A DNA stretch of 59,660 nt, the filler included, from Sphacelaria rigidula (lineage: Eukaryota): NCBI GenBank assembly GCA_964200075.2. It is 8 parts of 8 records of this genome, joined end to end, with 100 filler letters (N's around TTAATTAATTAA, not from the genome) between each part and the next. Parts side by side here need not be neighbours in the genome. Positions count along the whole stretch, not along the records: positions 1 to 7,371 come from CAXNAA020015215.1; positions 7,472 to 14,842 come from CAXNAA020015216.1; 6 more parts are not named here. The stretch is one strand, 5' to 3'. Positions 1 through 11,358 of this stretch are shown one piece after another. Positions within the stretch are counted from its first letter, which is position 1, and every line of letters starts with the position of its first letter. The notes under the pieces are model-generated. The model had not been told where the DNA came from and did not search any database. It saw only the letters and a list, made by a program, of their open reading frames with translations. The position numbers and the translations under genes are program-made.

Positions 1-3000
1 ACGTCAGGCGCTGTGTGACCATTTTCTTCGTGACAGTTTTGGGCGGGTTATGGGGGAAGGCTATCGCCGAAAGTATCGCCAGGGTTAACGGGTAAGGTGA
101 GACCCCGGGTTCGGTATGTCCACCTGAATGTTTGCTTCGTGTCGGAGGCAGTTGAATACCCCTCTTCCCGCTTCACTCTCGCCTTACAAGCCACTCACTG
201 TGCGAAGTAGCAAACTCAACCTCTCCCCGACTGTCGCCCGCAATCGTCAAATAACCACCAACAGAAGGATCTCCTGCGAGGAAGACACCGGCGGTACGGG
301 GTATGCCGAAGAGGAGGAGGAAGAAGAGGTGCCGCAAGAAGAAGAGGAAGAAGAATCGTCATCCGACGTCATCTCCGACCAGAGTGACAGGCGAGTCGGA
401 GAACACAGCGGTAGCCTCGCGGTTTAGCAGGCCGAGCCCTGACACAGCGAACTCTGGTCGGATGGGAGGGCACACCGACCCCGCTGATAGAGTATTTCGT
501 AACGTGTAGAATGGGGAAAGAACCTTCTTGACACCGTAGGATGACGTTTGGGATATAGCTTTGTTCGAATCCGAGGATGTGCGGTAAGGGAATCAAACGC
601 GACATGACTCCAACGCTTATTCATCCCAGTTGGACGATAGTAGCGGACATGCCCTTCGCGAGCTCATCGGCTCGGCCCCCAGCTTGAACGGTAAGAAGAG
701 ACCCCTAACAAGTTCGAGGTCGTAGAGCGCAATATAGTGCATCAGAGGTTGAGTTGGTGACTCAACGTCCGCAAGAGTCTCTTTGCGATAGCTCCTTCCT
801 CCCAGAAACAGGGATCGGTTTGGGTAGGCACATTCTGCACGTCAGCCGAAATGGAAAAAGAAACGCCGAGAGCAAGTCAATCAATCTTCATATTCCTTGA
901 TTCGTTGTGGTACAGTCACTGATCCCGTACGCATCGAGTCATGGGTCACAAGACAGACATGCGGAAGGTAGGTATACGGACACACCACTCTACGGGTAAC
1001 GCTCAAATGGGAGGAGGCTGACAAGGAGCGACAAGCAACAAGATATATATATTGGGAGGAAAGAAAGGGAATGAGAGGAACAACAGAGAGAAACAGGTAG
1101 AGCTCGTGAGGGTACGGTTTACAGAAACATAGTTCCTGAAAGAAATCGGACGAAAACGCAGCGCTGTTGTTGGGTCTGTCCACTACCCTACCACAGCCAA
1201 AATGCTTTCGAGTGTCGAAGACGTCAGAAAAGGGCCCAAAACTTTCTCCAAATCGTAGGACGGAATCATCAGCGCTATTCATACCATACCAGAACGCGGA
1301 AGTAAAGGCCCATCGCGTACAGGATCCCACAACAGAACGCGCACAGGTCTCCAGATAGCCTACCTACCACCCCTGGTAGACAAGGTGCCACGATCGAGTG
1401 CCTCTGAATCCGTGTCGTGCAAACACCAGCGATGTCAAACAATGTGTTTGTCTCCTTGCCGCCCCAAGCTTCACAAATCGGGCACCCGTCATGCTATGCG
1501 GTTGTGCAAAAACACTCCATATTGCGCCTGGATTTCTTGACGGAAGGAAGTCACGACAGAGACCTCACAAGTGCTCCAGGAACGGCTTTCGCGAGGGTGT
1601 TCAAGGTAGTTTTGGAGGGCAGTGCATTTTTTCTTGTTTAGTGTACGATTCCCTTGGACTAGCCGGTTCTTCAGCTGTTGGTGGTCATGGGCCTATATCC
1701 CATACACTATACATCCCAGGAGTGCCTTCGCTGCGGGTGCCAGACCGGACCCAGCCATAACATCGAGAATCGACCTGGATGTCGAGGTAGATTTCGACTT
1801 TTCTTTTCCTCTCATGCCTTGGGGGGCCTGCTGCAAAGGCATGGCGACAAGCTCACGGCACTACCTCGACGGCGATAATCAATCGCAAATCGAAATCACA
1901 TAACCATTTGGGGCTGCTATTGGCCGGCGGCCTTGAATCGCATCTAACTGATTGATTGACTTGGTTGATTGTCGCACTTTAACTGACACCCAGGGGTCCA
2001 GCCGTGGTCGCATGATAGGTGTTATCTGAATAAACTGAATCTCGATTTTCATTATCTTGTGAATGGTAAATCCCCGCACTTGCCTCAAACCAAAAAGCTT
2101 GACACCGTTTATCGACTGTCTCTGTCCCGCAACTATACGAAGTATTTTCGATTTTTCAAGCCCTATGGAAAAAAAGATTCTGGCAATTGCTAAGAGTCGA
2201 AAAGATTAATGCGATATATTGAGGGGCGGCACCAAAAGCACAGGGGCAGAAAAGATACAGATGTCGATCGATAGATGTGATCGTAGGTATCAGTTGACAC
2301 TTTGGAGACTGACACGATCTACAAGATCATGTATATATACATAAGGATAGCCATGGTATCTCCACACCACCAGCGCGGGAGTAACATGGATGAGTACACG
2401 AGTGCCGACGCGATCAGGCATAAGTGCTTGACAGGCGACCTTTGATTGTGTCGAAAATATCGCAGGTCTGCAGTTCTGAAGAGAACTGTTTCACCACCCC
2501 CCCCATGAAGATGCCATTATGTATGGCATCATGTTCCTGCTCTTTGCGTTCGTACACGCGGCACACGCTAGACACACACACATTTATATATATATATATA
2601 TATGTGTGTGCTAGTTTTCGGGGACTCTACGACGTAAATGCCCATTTCCAGGGCTCCCGCGAAATTCATCCCCGCAAGAAAAAAAATCGCGAAATCACCC
2701 GACACTGGAGCAGCACTCCGAAACATGAGAACGAATCCTGCATTCATGGGGGAGAACTTCCACTTCTACCGAAAAGACAGTCCTCGCAAGATGCCGTTCA
2801 GACTTGACACCATATGTGGGAGACAGATCTACAGCGATCGTGTCATGAAAACAATTCTCATGTAAACACGAAGGAACTTCCATCAAGAGTACATATCTCG
2901 GTTTCTAGGCCGCGCTTTTGGCCTCACAGTACGGCCAGGCGCATGGTGTCACTTCCGAATGACTTTCTTCACTGTCTGAGTTTTTGCATAGTGCGCGTAG

Positions 3001-4285
3001 TATGACACTGTGCCGGAAGTACACAAAAGCGTACAGATCTCCCTGATTCCCGAGTGTGCGCGTTCCCAGAAGAGCGCTGCCCGTGTATGACAATCGGAAG
3101 TGGCTGTCCTTATTCCTCCGATTCGATCTATCTTCCACTTCCGACCCTAAGCCAGACCGAGCGAATCTTGGACCGTCAAAATGTGCCGCGATCCTTCCAG
3201 ACAGTAGAGCGAACCATTCGTGTGTGGTATTTCTCATCTGGCCGAGCGACGCGAAAGCCGCCGTCGGCGGATCAAAACATGCACGTACGCATGATCGAAA
3301 TGATTTTTGTTTTGGAGTGAGTAGAGGTGCGGTCTAGCTTCCGGGAATCCTGATCATGCGTGTTTCACCGGGAACGAGTCATTGCATGCTCTTCATGCAT
3401 AGACGGACCTCAAAATGCGAGGTATACATGAAATTGAAACTTGAGCGACGGCGACAGGCAAGAATTGTAGGTGGGGTCATATTTGTTTGCCATATGAGGT
3501 GGTCTGCTTCCAAAGCATCAGCGCACATATTGTTTACTGTAATCTCTTGCAGATATACGAGCCCATAGATAATGGACTTATATATTTGAACAACTAAGAG
3601 CTGCAACACATTTACGAGTATACATGTTTGAGGATTCTAGCCTTTCCAAACGGAGTTTTTGACCCGGCCATTCGGTTTTCGTACCCTCATTTTGTTGAGA
3701 CATGTGCAGTCGGCTGGTAGAAAGGAGGACAGCAGATAATGTGTCCGATGTTTCTGGAAGTCCAGGTATGGTGCTCGTGCACATAAATGCGCTCACGGTT
3801 AGAAACGAACGGACGAACGGACGTGAGTAGCAAAGAATCACTGAGATCCGACGCAGTGTGGGAGTAGCACTAGTAGTGTTGATTCCATACACGATACTTA
3901 AACGTCAGGCATGTACCGGCGGGGGGGGGGATAGGATCCTCCCTTGGGAGTACAGACCTGTCCCGAGGATTGAAAGGGGTCAAAGTACGAGGGAAAACAC
4001 GAAACTCATCATTCAGCTTGCCGTCCCGGACTCCGATTTGCTGATGCCAGTTGACACTTGAACGTATTTGCATATCCCAAGACTCGAGAGGTACCTGTGA
4101 CACACACGCAAACATACACAACTTGCGTACGGTTCGGTGCCATTTGAGATCGGTACGTGTGGGACCGAGACGACGAGCTGGCAAAAGGTGTGTCCTCTAA
4201 CATAGTTTCAGCTGGGGTGAAGAAGCGTCGAAATGCACTCTCGCTCGCTTCGCAGGGTTGGTCTGAGCGATTTTGCAAGATTCTG

Positions 4286-4617
4286 CTAGTGCTTTTCCGA
4301 TTTTCCGTGCGCCCGGCTTTACTTTGGGCCGGATTCCTGTTTTTTTTTGCCATTTCCAGAAGTCTTCGACATGTAGGAAGAGTGTTCGTTCTTTCTCCGA
4401 GAACTCGAACATTTTTGAAGCCATCGAAAAATCCGGAATCCAGCCGACAGTGAAACTGGGCGCACGAAAGATCGGGAAATTGCTCTAGAATTCTCTTGGA
4501 ATGCACGGCAAACGTTTCAGCGGAGGTCCTACCCGCGAAGGCCTGTATCCTGCCGAAAATATGCAAGGACACGGTCAAGAAGGGTGTATTTCCGACAGCC
4601 CGTTTTCCGACTATAGG
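4286..4617. repeat. Dispersed repeat with internal hairpin (second copy at 53329-53590)
   Basis: CTAGTGCTTTTCCGATTTTCCGTGCGCCCGG...AAACTGGGCGCACGAAAGATCGGGAAATTGCTCTAG hairpin. A colinear homolog lies in contig 8. Confidence 0.75.
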
Positions 4618-4877
4618 TTTCGTCGGCTGAACTCTCCATCTGCTTGTGCATACCTGGCTGATGGTTCAGCGAGATCACTAGTGGCCGAGGATGCTACGGG
4701 CAACGGTAGTGCCTCGGGCGTGGGGTGGTGTAAATACTCTGCGGGTACTGGAATCACGTGCCAAACCATGGCAGATAATTATACCCCATGCCCATCTGGA
4801 ATTCTCATGTCAGTCCTTCCGGGCGATGGTCCCGCGGCGTCGGTAGAAGCCCTGTTCTCAACTGCTGGAGCTCCTTG

Positions 4878-5262
4878 AAGCTTTTCACGAGGTCCTATGC
4901 TGTACTTGCAAAACAAAAGTACCGCGAACATCCGACATCGAGTTATGATCTTTTACTGGAATTCCCCCTCATGGGCTGCGGGATCACACACATTGGTGTA
5001 CGCCTCGAGTACTCCAGAGCGGTATGAGTTGATATGAGGGTGGCCAATGTCAAGTCGATTCTAGAGTGGGTTGAAGCTTCGCACGAGGTACTCTGTTGTA
5101 CTTGCAATACAAAAGCACCACAAATACCCGACATTGAAATATGAGCTTTTACTTGAAACACTTCCCTTGCGCTGCGGGATCACACAAGTTGGTGTACGCC
5201 TCAAGTACTCGACAGCGGTATGAGTTGATATGAGGGTGGCGACAACTGTAATCTAGAGTGGT
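4878..5262 (+). repeat. Tandem duplication, 2 x ~195 bp
   Basis: 4878-5070 and 5074-5262 share GAAGCTT..CACGAGGT...GCTGCGGGATCACACA...TTGGTGTACGCCTC...AGCGGTATGAGTTGATATGAGGGTGGC. Confidence 0.85.
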
Positions 5263-7371
5263 CAACAACCAACGACTGTCCTTCTCTGGTATTGACTATA
5301 CTCTCCTTGACCTTGTACGCCCTAGAAGTATTTGATTTTGGTACGATCACGACTCGCTTGGTGTTGGAATCTTAGTCGGAAAACGTTTTGCGGTTAGTAC
5401 GGCCGAATAATTCGGCTGACTGTACGATGCTGTCTACGAACTATTTGTTGTGGTGGCTGACCCCCCGCCCCCGTTTCCCCCCTGCGCAGCTCCGATGACG
5501 AACCTCTAGACTCATGAAAGGGGTGGCGCCTCGCCTGCGTTCTGCCGGATCCCTCGGTTGCGCATTGGATACTTGTAGGTGCTTGAAAGTATGGTCAGAC
5601 CCGACCGTGAAAAACGAGCGAAAATGCATCCCGACGCGTATTCACCCGAGATGGACTTTGTTAGAGGACACACCCTTGGCGAGCTCAACGTCTCGGCCAC
5701 CAGCTTGAACGTTAACAAGAGACAACCAACAAATACGAGGACGCAGAGTTCCTGATGATAGTATTTCGCGCCCGTTCTGGGGTTGGTCACCTAACCTCCA
5801 CCACTTCTTAAACTTGCGAGGTCGATGGTCTGATGACTATGGCATGCATGATCATGAGTACACCTCTTGAACTTTTGAAAGTCTTCAGCCATCCGACCAC
5901 AGCATCCACAAATCAGTGGCCGAACAGGTGGAATATTGTACAAGGGTTGTGACTATGATATCTAGCGCAGCACTACTTTGGCGGGATGTTTCACATGCTC
6001 GGCAAGCTCTCGTCTTGTGAAAAATGTAGTCAGGCAGAACTCCCGTGATCACCTTCAAAACTAGTCGGCAAGAAAAATTTCAAATGGCCGGCCGTCTTTG
6101 TAGTTCCGTACGAAATCTCTGGGCCGGTTCAGGAGCATGGGTGTTTTGTCTACCTTAGGTATGTTCCTATTGTGACCACAGCAATGTCACTCGGCGACAG
6201 ATCAATGAGAGGCTCAAAACTTTCCGTACCGGTGAGAACGCAAAATTTGCTGATTCGACTGTGCCCTCATGCCTACAAAATGTGTCAAACAAAATTCAAG
6301 GTTACGTGCGCATTTTCGAAACTCGAACCATATGACAGCTGCAAAGTCGATCTTTTCACCGTTACGATCAAGACATGTGAAACCTTGACCCTGTCGGGAC
6401 AATATTATATTCTGTACCTCGTATCCTATTTTCGGCTCTCATCTCGATATGACTAGCAACAAAGGGAAAACCAACACGTGAGGAAATCGACTTTTGCTTT
6501 TCTTTCTCTCCTTGGTATAACGCCAAAGTAGTTCAAGTTGAGGTAATGATTGTACGATAGGGAGCGGGGGAGGAGGGGGGTATTCTGGGTCGCTTCTTGC
6601 ACGAAATTCCACGTCGAATCGTCGCTGGAAGCAGCAACGGTTGTTCGGACGAGCTTGTCATAGATCAATGACGCTCATTCGTTCTGCTTGGCACCGCGGG
6701 TTACCAGATACAAGCGCACCGCGAGTGTGGCAGGTCGTCTGACACACCTATGAGCCTCCATCTTCGTGCAATCAAATATCATCCCTCCCTATCGTAAGAT
6801 GACTCGAGAGACGAGCGGAAATAAGGCACACAAGTTCAACAGTTGTTCTGAAATAGCTGGTTCTTCTCGAAAATTCTATTCCCAACGGTAGTCGCCGCGC
6901 CACGGTGGTGCAATGGTCAAACTGTCCCCAGTAGGGTGGAGAGAACGAGGGTTTGACTCCCAATGCGTTGGGTGTTTGAAACATTTACGGTGTTGTTGCC
7001 ACTCGACGCCAACCCAAGATTCTAGAGGTGAGGGAGATCCAACGTGGTGGGGGGAGGGGATGAAGGGCTTGTGCGGGACTCGCAAGAACACCTCAGAAAC
7101 TAAGGCGATATTTTACTTATCTCTGTGTGTGTGCGCGCGCGTGTATTGTGTGTGTGTGTTGTGGGGCGGTCCCCGTAAACCTCAGAGATAACCAGAACAC
7201 TCTGTATTTGTTTTGCCGGAGCGGAGTGGATCGTCCAGAAACAAATCATCGTGGAGAATGGGAACGATATCATTTTTCATCGGAACGAACTGAGGTCACA
7301 ATTGTATTCTACACTGCGACTGGCAGTCGTGAAAGGTTGCATTCAGTTTGTTCCCATAAAAGATGCCGTTT

Positions 7372-7471
7372 NNNNNNNNNNNNNNNNNNNNNNNNNNNNN
7401 NNNNNNNNNNNNNNNTTAATTAATTAANNNNNNNNNNNNNNNNNNNNNNNNNNNNNNNNNNNNNNNNNNNN
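7372..7471. other. Artificial contig linker (44N-TTAATTAATTAA-44N), 1 of 7
   Basis: 100-bp spacer with stops in all six frames. Identical copies at 14843-14942, 22313-22412, 29783-29882, 37253-37352, 44723-44822 and 52192-52291. The flanking segments are 7371-7369 bp in descending size order. Confidence 0.98.
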
Positions 7472-7499
7472 AGATATCGGAACGGTTTTCAATGTGAAG

Positions 7500-7539
<40 letters not shown>

Positions 7540-7759
7540 GGGAGGGCGGTTCTCTAGCTAGCACGTTTTGGTGTGCACATCTGGTGCGAATGTATACTAT
7601 AATGTAAATGTCAGAGACCAGTTGTCGCGGAGTAGCCAAATATTGTCATAGACACGTGTCGGGAGTCTACCGTTCGTACTCAAGAGAGAAGGGGGAGAGG
7701 GGGGGTGTACTCATGATCATGCGTGCCATCGTCATAAGACCAGGGAGGGGGGGGGGGGG

Positions 7760-8060
7760 GGGGGGGGAGCGATGCCTTCGGCAACCTGGGTCCAAGAGCA
7801 GGGCAATCAATGCCAGGGGACCCGCTTACACTCCACCCACCAGACCCTTTCTCCAAAACCCCCCCCCNNNNNNNNNNAGGGAGTGGGCAGGCTACGGAGA
7901 CAGGGTCGACGGAGGGCCGGCGGAGGGGGGTGGGCAGGAACGGTGGAGGGGAGGGGGGGAGCGATGCCTTCGGCAACCTGGGTCCAAGAGCAGTGCAATC
8001 AATGCCAGGGGTACCGCTTACACTGCACCCATCAGACACTTTCTACGATACCCCCCTCCC
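7760..8060 (+). repeat. Direct repeat, 2 x ~105 bp, flanked by G/C tracts and spanning a 10-N gap
   Basis: GAGCGATGCCTTCGGCAACCTGGGTCCAAGAGCAG...CGCTTACAC at ~7767 and ~7959. Confidence 0.85.
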
Positions 8061-9024
8061 AAAACGTACCTGGTTTGGGGAGGCAAAATCTTCACGTAAA
8101 TCTAAATGCAAAAAGCCGAGCGCAACGAGAAGCTGGGGATTCGCACGCTTGGGTTCGTTCTCGTCAATGTCCCCCCCCCACATGAGGAGCTCCACGCAGC
8201 CTGAACACAAACATCAGGCGCTGTATGACCATTTTTTTCGTGACATTTTTGAGCTGGTTTGAGGGGGGGGGCTATTGTAGGAAGTGTCATCATATACATA
8301 TAGTCGGAGTACTGCGCCGTGCAGAAGGGAGGTTTGCGCTCTCTGAATATAGCTTAAAGCTGCAGCAGACATTAACGAAACTTTCAGGTCAAGGGTGAGA
8401 GATCAAATTTCCATAGGTATAACTCTACCTCAAAGCGAAAAAAGTCTCTCTGGGCCGTTTCTGGTAGGCACATTTTCGTGCAAGTCTTGGGCAATTGTCG
8501 AATGCAGTAGGCAAATGTCAAATATCATGCGAATACCATGGTCAGGCCTCCTTCACTTTTGCATCCCCCCAAAGGCCCAAGGAATTCAAACACGGAGGGC
8601 AACGCCAAATGTCTATAATTAGATGTAGACGCTCTGCCCGCTTCCGTCAATAATGCGAGTGCAATGTAGAATTGCGTTTGTGGGTGTCGGTGAGAGCACA
8701 CACCAACTATGCTGCTGTTCAAAAGCATAGCTGTCGTAGCGGGAAAACGTGTTTGTACGACTTGCGATATCTTGTGCGTAGTCAAGTGCGGACTCGGTGT
8801 GTCTTTGTCGGCCTGGATGAATGGGTAGTCTTTCGTGGATCTAACGCACCCATGCCCACTACACTTCACCCGCCGGGTGAGAGCGCGCAAGATCGAGAGG
8901 TGCCACGGTAGCGTTGCATAGAAGGTTACTCAGGTTCGAATCGGTGAGCCCTTCACCTCGTCCAATGCACGATTTATTAATATGAAGCACATGAGAGCAA
9001 GCCAAAATTCGAAATATGTGAGAG

Positions 9025-9395
9025 TGTTGCGTGTTGTGTTGTCGTCCCTTCTACTCTGGACACCGGTCTATACCTTAGGGGTATACGTGGGCGCACCAGC
9101 CGGGGTCACACAGGAGGAAGGTCAACACAGGAGCTTCCAATGTTTTATTTGTTTTCAGCGTCCCACCTTCCTTCTGCGGGGCTTGCCTTTATTTTTTATC
9201 GCGAGAGGGTTCCAGCAGTAAGTACCTTTCCCTTGTCGACTTTTAAGTTGAATATTGTGTACCCACTACACAGCAGTCGCTCTCCACCGTTGGGCATGGT
9301 GTGAGAAAAAATCCCAGATGACTCCGAGATTTGAACCCACGACCCAACCGTCGGAAGGTTTCGAGCTTACCAACTGAGCAACCAGGGTGACCGGC
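9025..9395 (-). mobile_element. tRNA-derived SINE, full-length copy
   Basis: Minus-strand head GCCGGTCACCCTGGTTGCTCAGTTGG (A box) ... GGTTCAAATC (B box). The body shares GGGCGCACCAGCCGGGGTCACACAGGAGGAAGGTCAACACAGGAG with other copies. CA-rich tail. Confidence 0.8.
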
Positions 9396-9837
9396 ACGCG
9401 TGGGAGTACGCCAGGATTACCACTCTAATGTGCTAGGGATACCTCAAATGAATTTGCAAACGGGGATGCCCTGAACCATATTCTTGTGCATCTAGGATCC
9501 TTAGGAGCCCCTCGACCAGACAAGATTTGGCGCAAAAAGTGCACCTCTACCGTAGCATTGCTCGCCCCCAAGAAGCCCGTTCATTTCCGCTGTAGCTTCA
9601 AGCGGTGCAACGCAAACATCCCTCCCAGAATGACCGTGGTGCGTTTGGGGCGCGGAATTATCGGCGCAACGCCCCCTTTGGTAATGGGTACAGCGCACGC
9701 GACAGCTCCGGCGCGGATGGAAGAGGTTTGTAGGGCTCGGGGTCCTGAGCCCATCTGTGTTTTCCTGGGTCTCGTGGACAAACATTTGACCTTTAGCAAG
9801 GGTGCCCGTAAACTGGAATTAGACACACATAGAGTAG

Positions 9838-10760
9838 TTTCCAGCTGAAATAGGAATTTTTTGTGTTTGTTTCGTACCCGACGATTTTCAACAGTGTTTT
9901 CGCGTGCCGCCGCTCATCCCAGTAAACGTTTGACCCCGAAGTTTGGGGATCGGAAGATACTAGGCGTCCGAATTGAAGCACCTCTGCACTCAATACTAAA
10001 CGACTTACGGGCTGACCGGTTTAGGGGGGTCCCGCGAGTACCCAGTCCCATGTTCTGACCCTTAGGTATATTTGCTCAGTTTTTCACTCGCGATCGTTCT
10101 CGACACCAAATATATAGGAATTCGCTTTCTATTCTTTACCTCTTCATCGCGCTAGAGCCGAAACGCTGTGTTTTTTTGCCTAGTGACGGTCGATAACACC
10201 CCCTGACAAACGAGGTACTTACTCCGTATCACCTCTACAACACCAATTAAGGGTTGTATCCTAAACACGACCTGCTTCTTTTTCCAAAATCTGGCGACGC
10301 TAGAACTCAAGAGTGCTAAGTAAAAACACTGTACGAGAATTTTTTCAAAAGTACCAAACTACGAAAATTGCCCACCTGAGCTCCCGACAGCACAAGTGAA
10401 ATATGCCCACCCGAGCTCTGCATAGCACAGGTGTGCGTGAGACTTTCCTGATCGCTCTCATGAGTTATCTTACAAACCCTTATTTTTCATCTTCACCAAT
10501 TTATTACGCTAGAGCCGAAAAGAACTGTGGCTTGGACCAAAACCCATCAGTAGCGCCTCCGGTCAACTCAGCCCGCAAGTCGTTCAATATTGAGCGCAGA
10601 GATGTTTTTTTCTTCGGAATGTGGAGCGGATGCCTAATATCTCCCGATCTTCAAACTTCGGGATCAAACGTTCAATGGGATGAGCGATTGCACGCGAGAA
10701 GATTGTTGAAAATCGCAGATTGTAAAAGAAGTGCAGCAATCCCCTGTTTCAGCAGAAAAT
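9838..10760. mobile_element. Old fold-back/MITE-like element with diverged ~180-bp inverted ends
   Basis: 9838-10019 is a diverged inverted match of 10559-10760 (CGATTTTCAACA...CGCTCATCCCA...AACGTTTGA.CCCGAAGTTTG). Short internal direct repeats at 10370-10432. Confidence 0.7.
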
Positions 10761-11088
10761 ACGAATCGACTTCCCCCTTCCCCCTGCGCCCGCCCCCCCG
10801 CCCCCTCGGGGGTATACTCGTGATCATGCATGCCAAAGTCATAAGGCCATTGACCTCGCCCACCCGGGGGGGGAATAAACTCGTGGGCGTTCAAGTGCTG
10901 ATGTCTTGAAGGAATGCACAAATCGGTATCTCAATTGACGATGTGCGAGTCACGTCTCCTCGCAGAGTACCGTACGCCCTATTCTTCCATTTCTTGACAC
11001 CAGGTGCCCTTTCTGATCTAATACCGTGTCGATACTTTCAGTGGATTATGACATGCGAAGTGGACAAGGGTACGGATAAGTATTTAAA

Positions 11089-11358
11089 TGATCGTGTTGA
11101 TCAGATGATGGTGCAGCAACAACAGCCCCGTGCTATGTGCCCAAATAGATCACAGTCACCTTGGAGTAGGTCAGGAGATAAAGAAGATGCGTTTCAAGTA
11201 TTTACCATCATCACTGTCAAGAGAGTAATAGCGGTGACAAGACACCTCGAAACACATCTTCTTCATCTTCTTCTGACTTACTGTACGAGGGCTGGGATCT
11301 GTTTGGGCACATAGCACGGGGCTATTGTTGCTGCACCATCATCTGATCAACACGATCA
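11089..11358. repeat. 270-bp TG...CA element (putative Copia LTR or MITE) with ~68-bp terminal inverted repeats
   Basis: 11089-11157 (TGATCGTGTTGATCAGATGATGGTGCAGCAACAACAGCCCCGTGCTATGTGCCCAAATAGATC) is the near-exact reverse complement of 11290-11358. It lies ~50 bp upstream of the gag-like start. Confidence 0.8.

Noticed and set aside
128-509. Poly-Glu / poly-Lys-Arg ORFs as proteins
   Set aside because: They arise from a GAA/GAG-rich low-complexity tract read in different frames; no domain or splice support.
7416-7427. Regularly spaced TTAATTAATTAA every ~7470 bp as a biological periodic repeat or CRISPR-like array
   Set aside because: Embedded in N runs; it is an artificial six-frame-stop linker.
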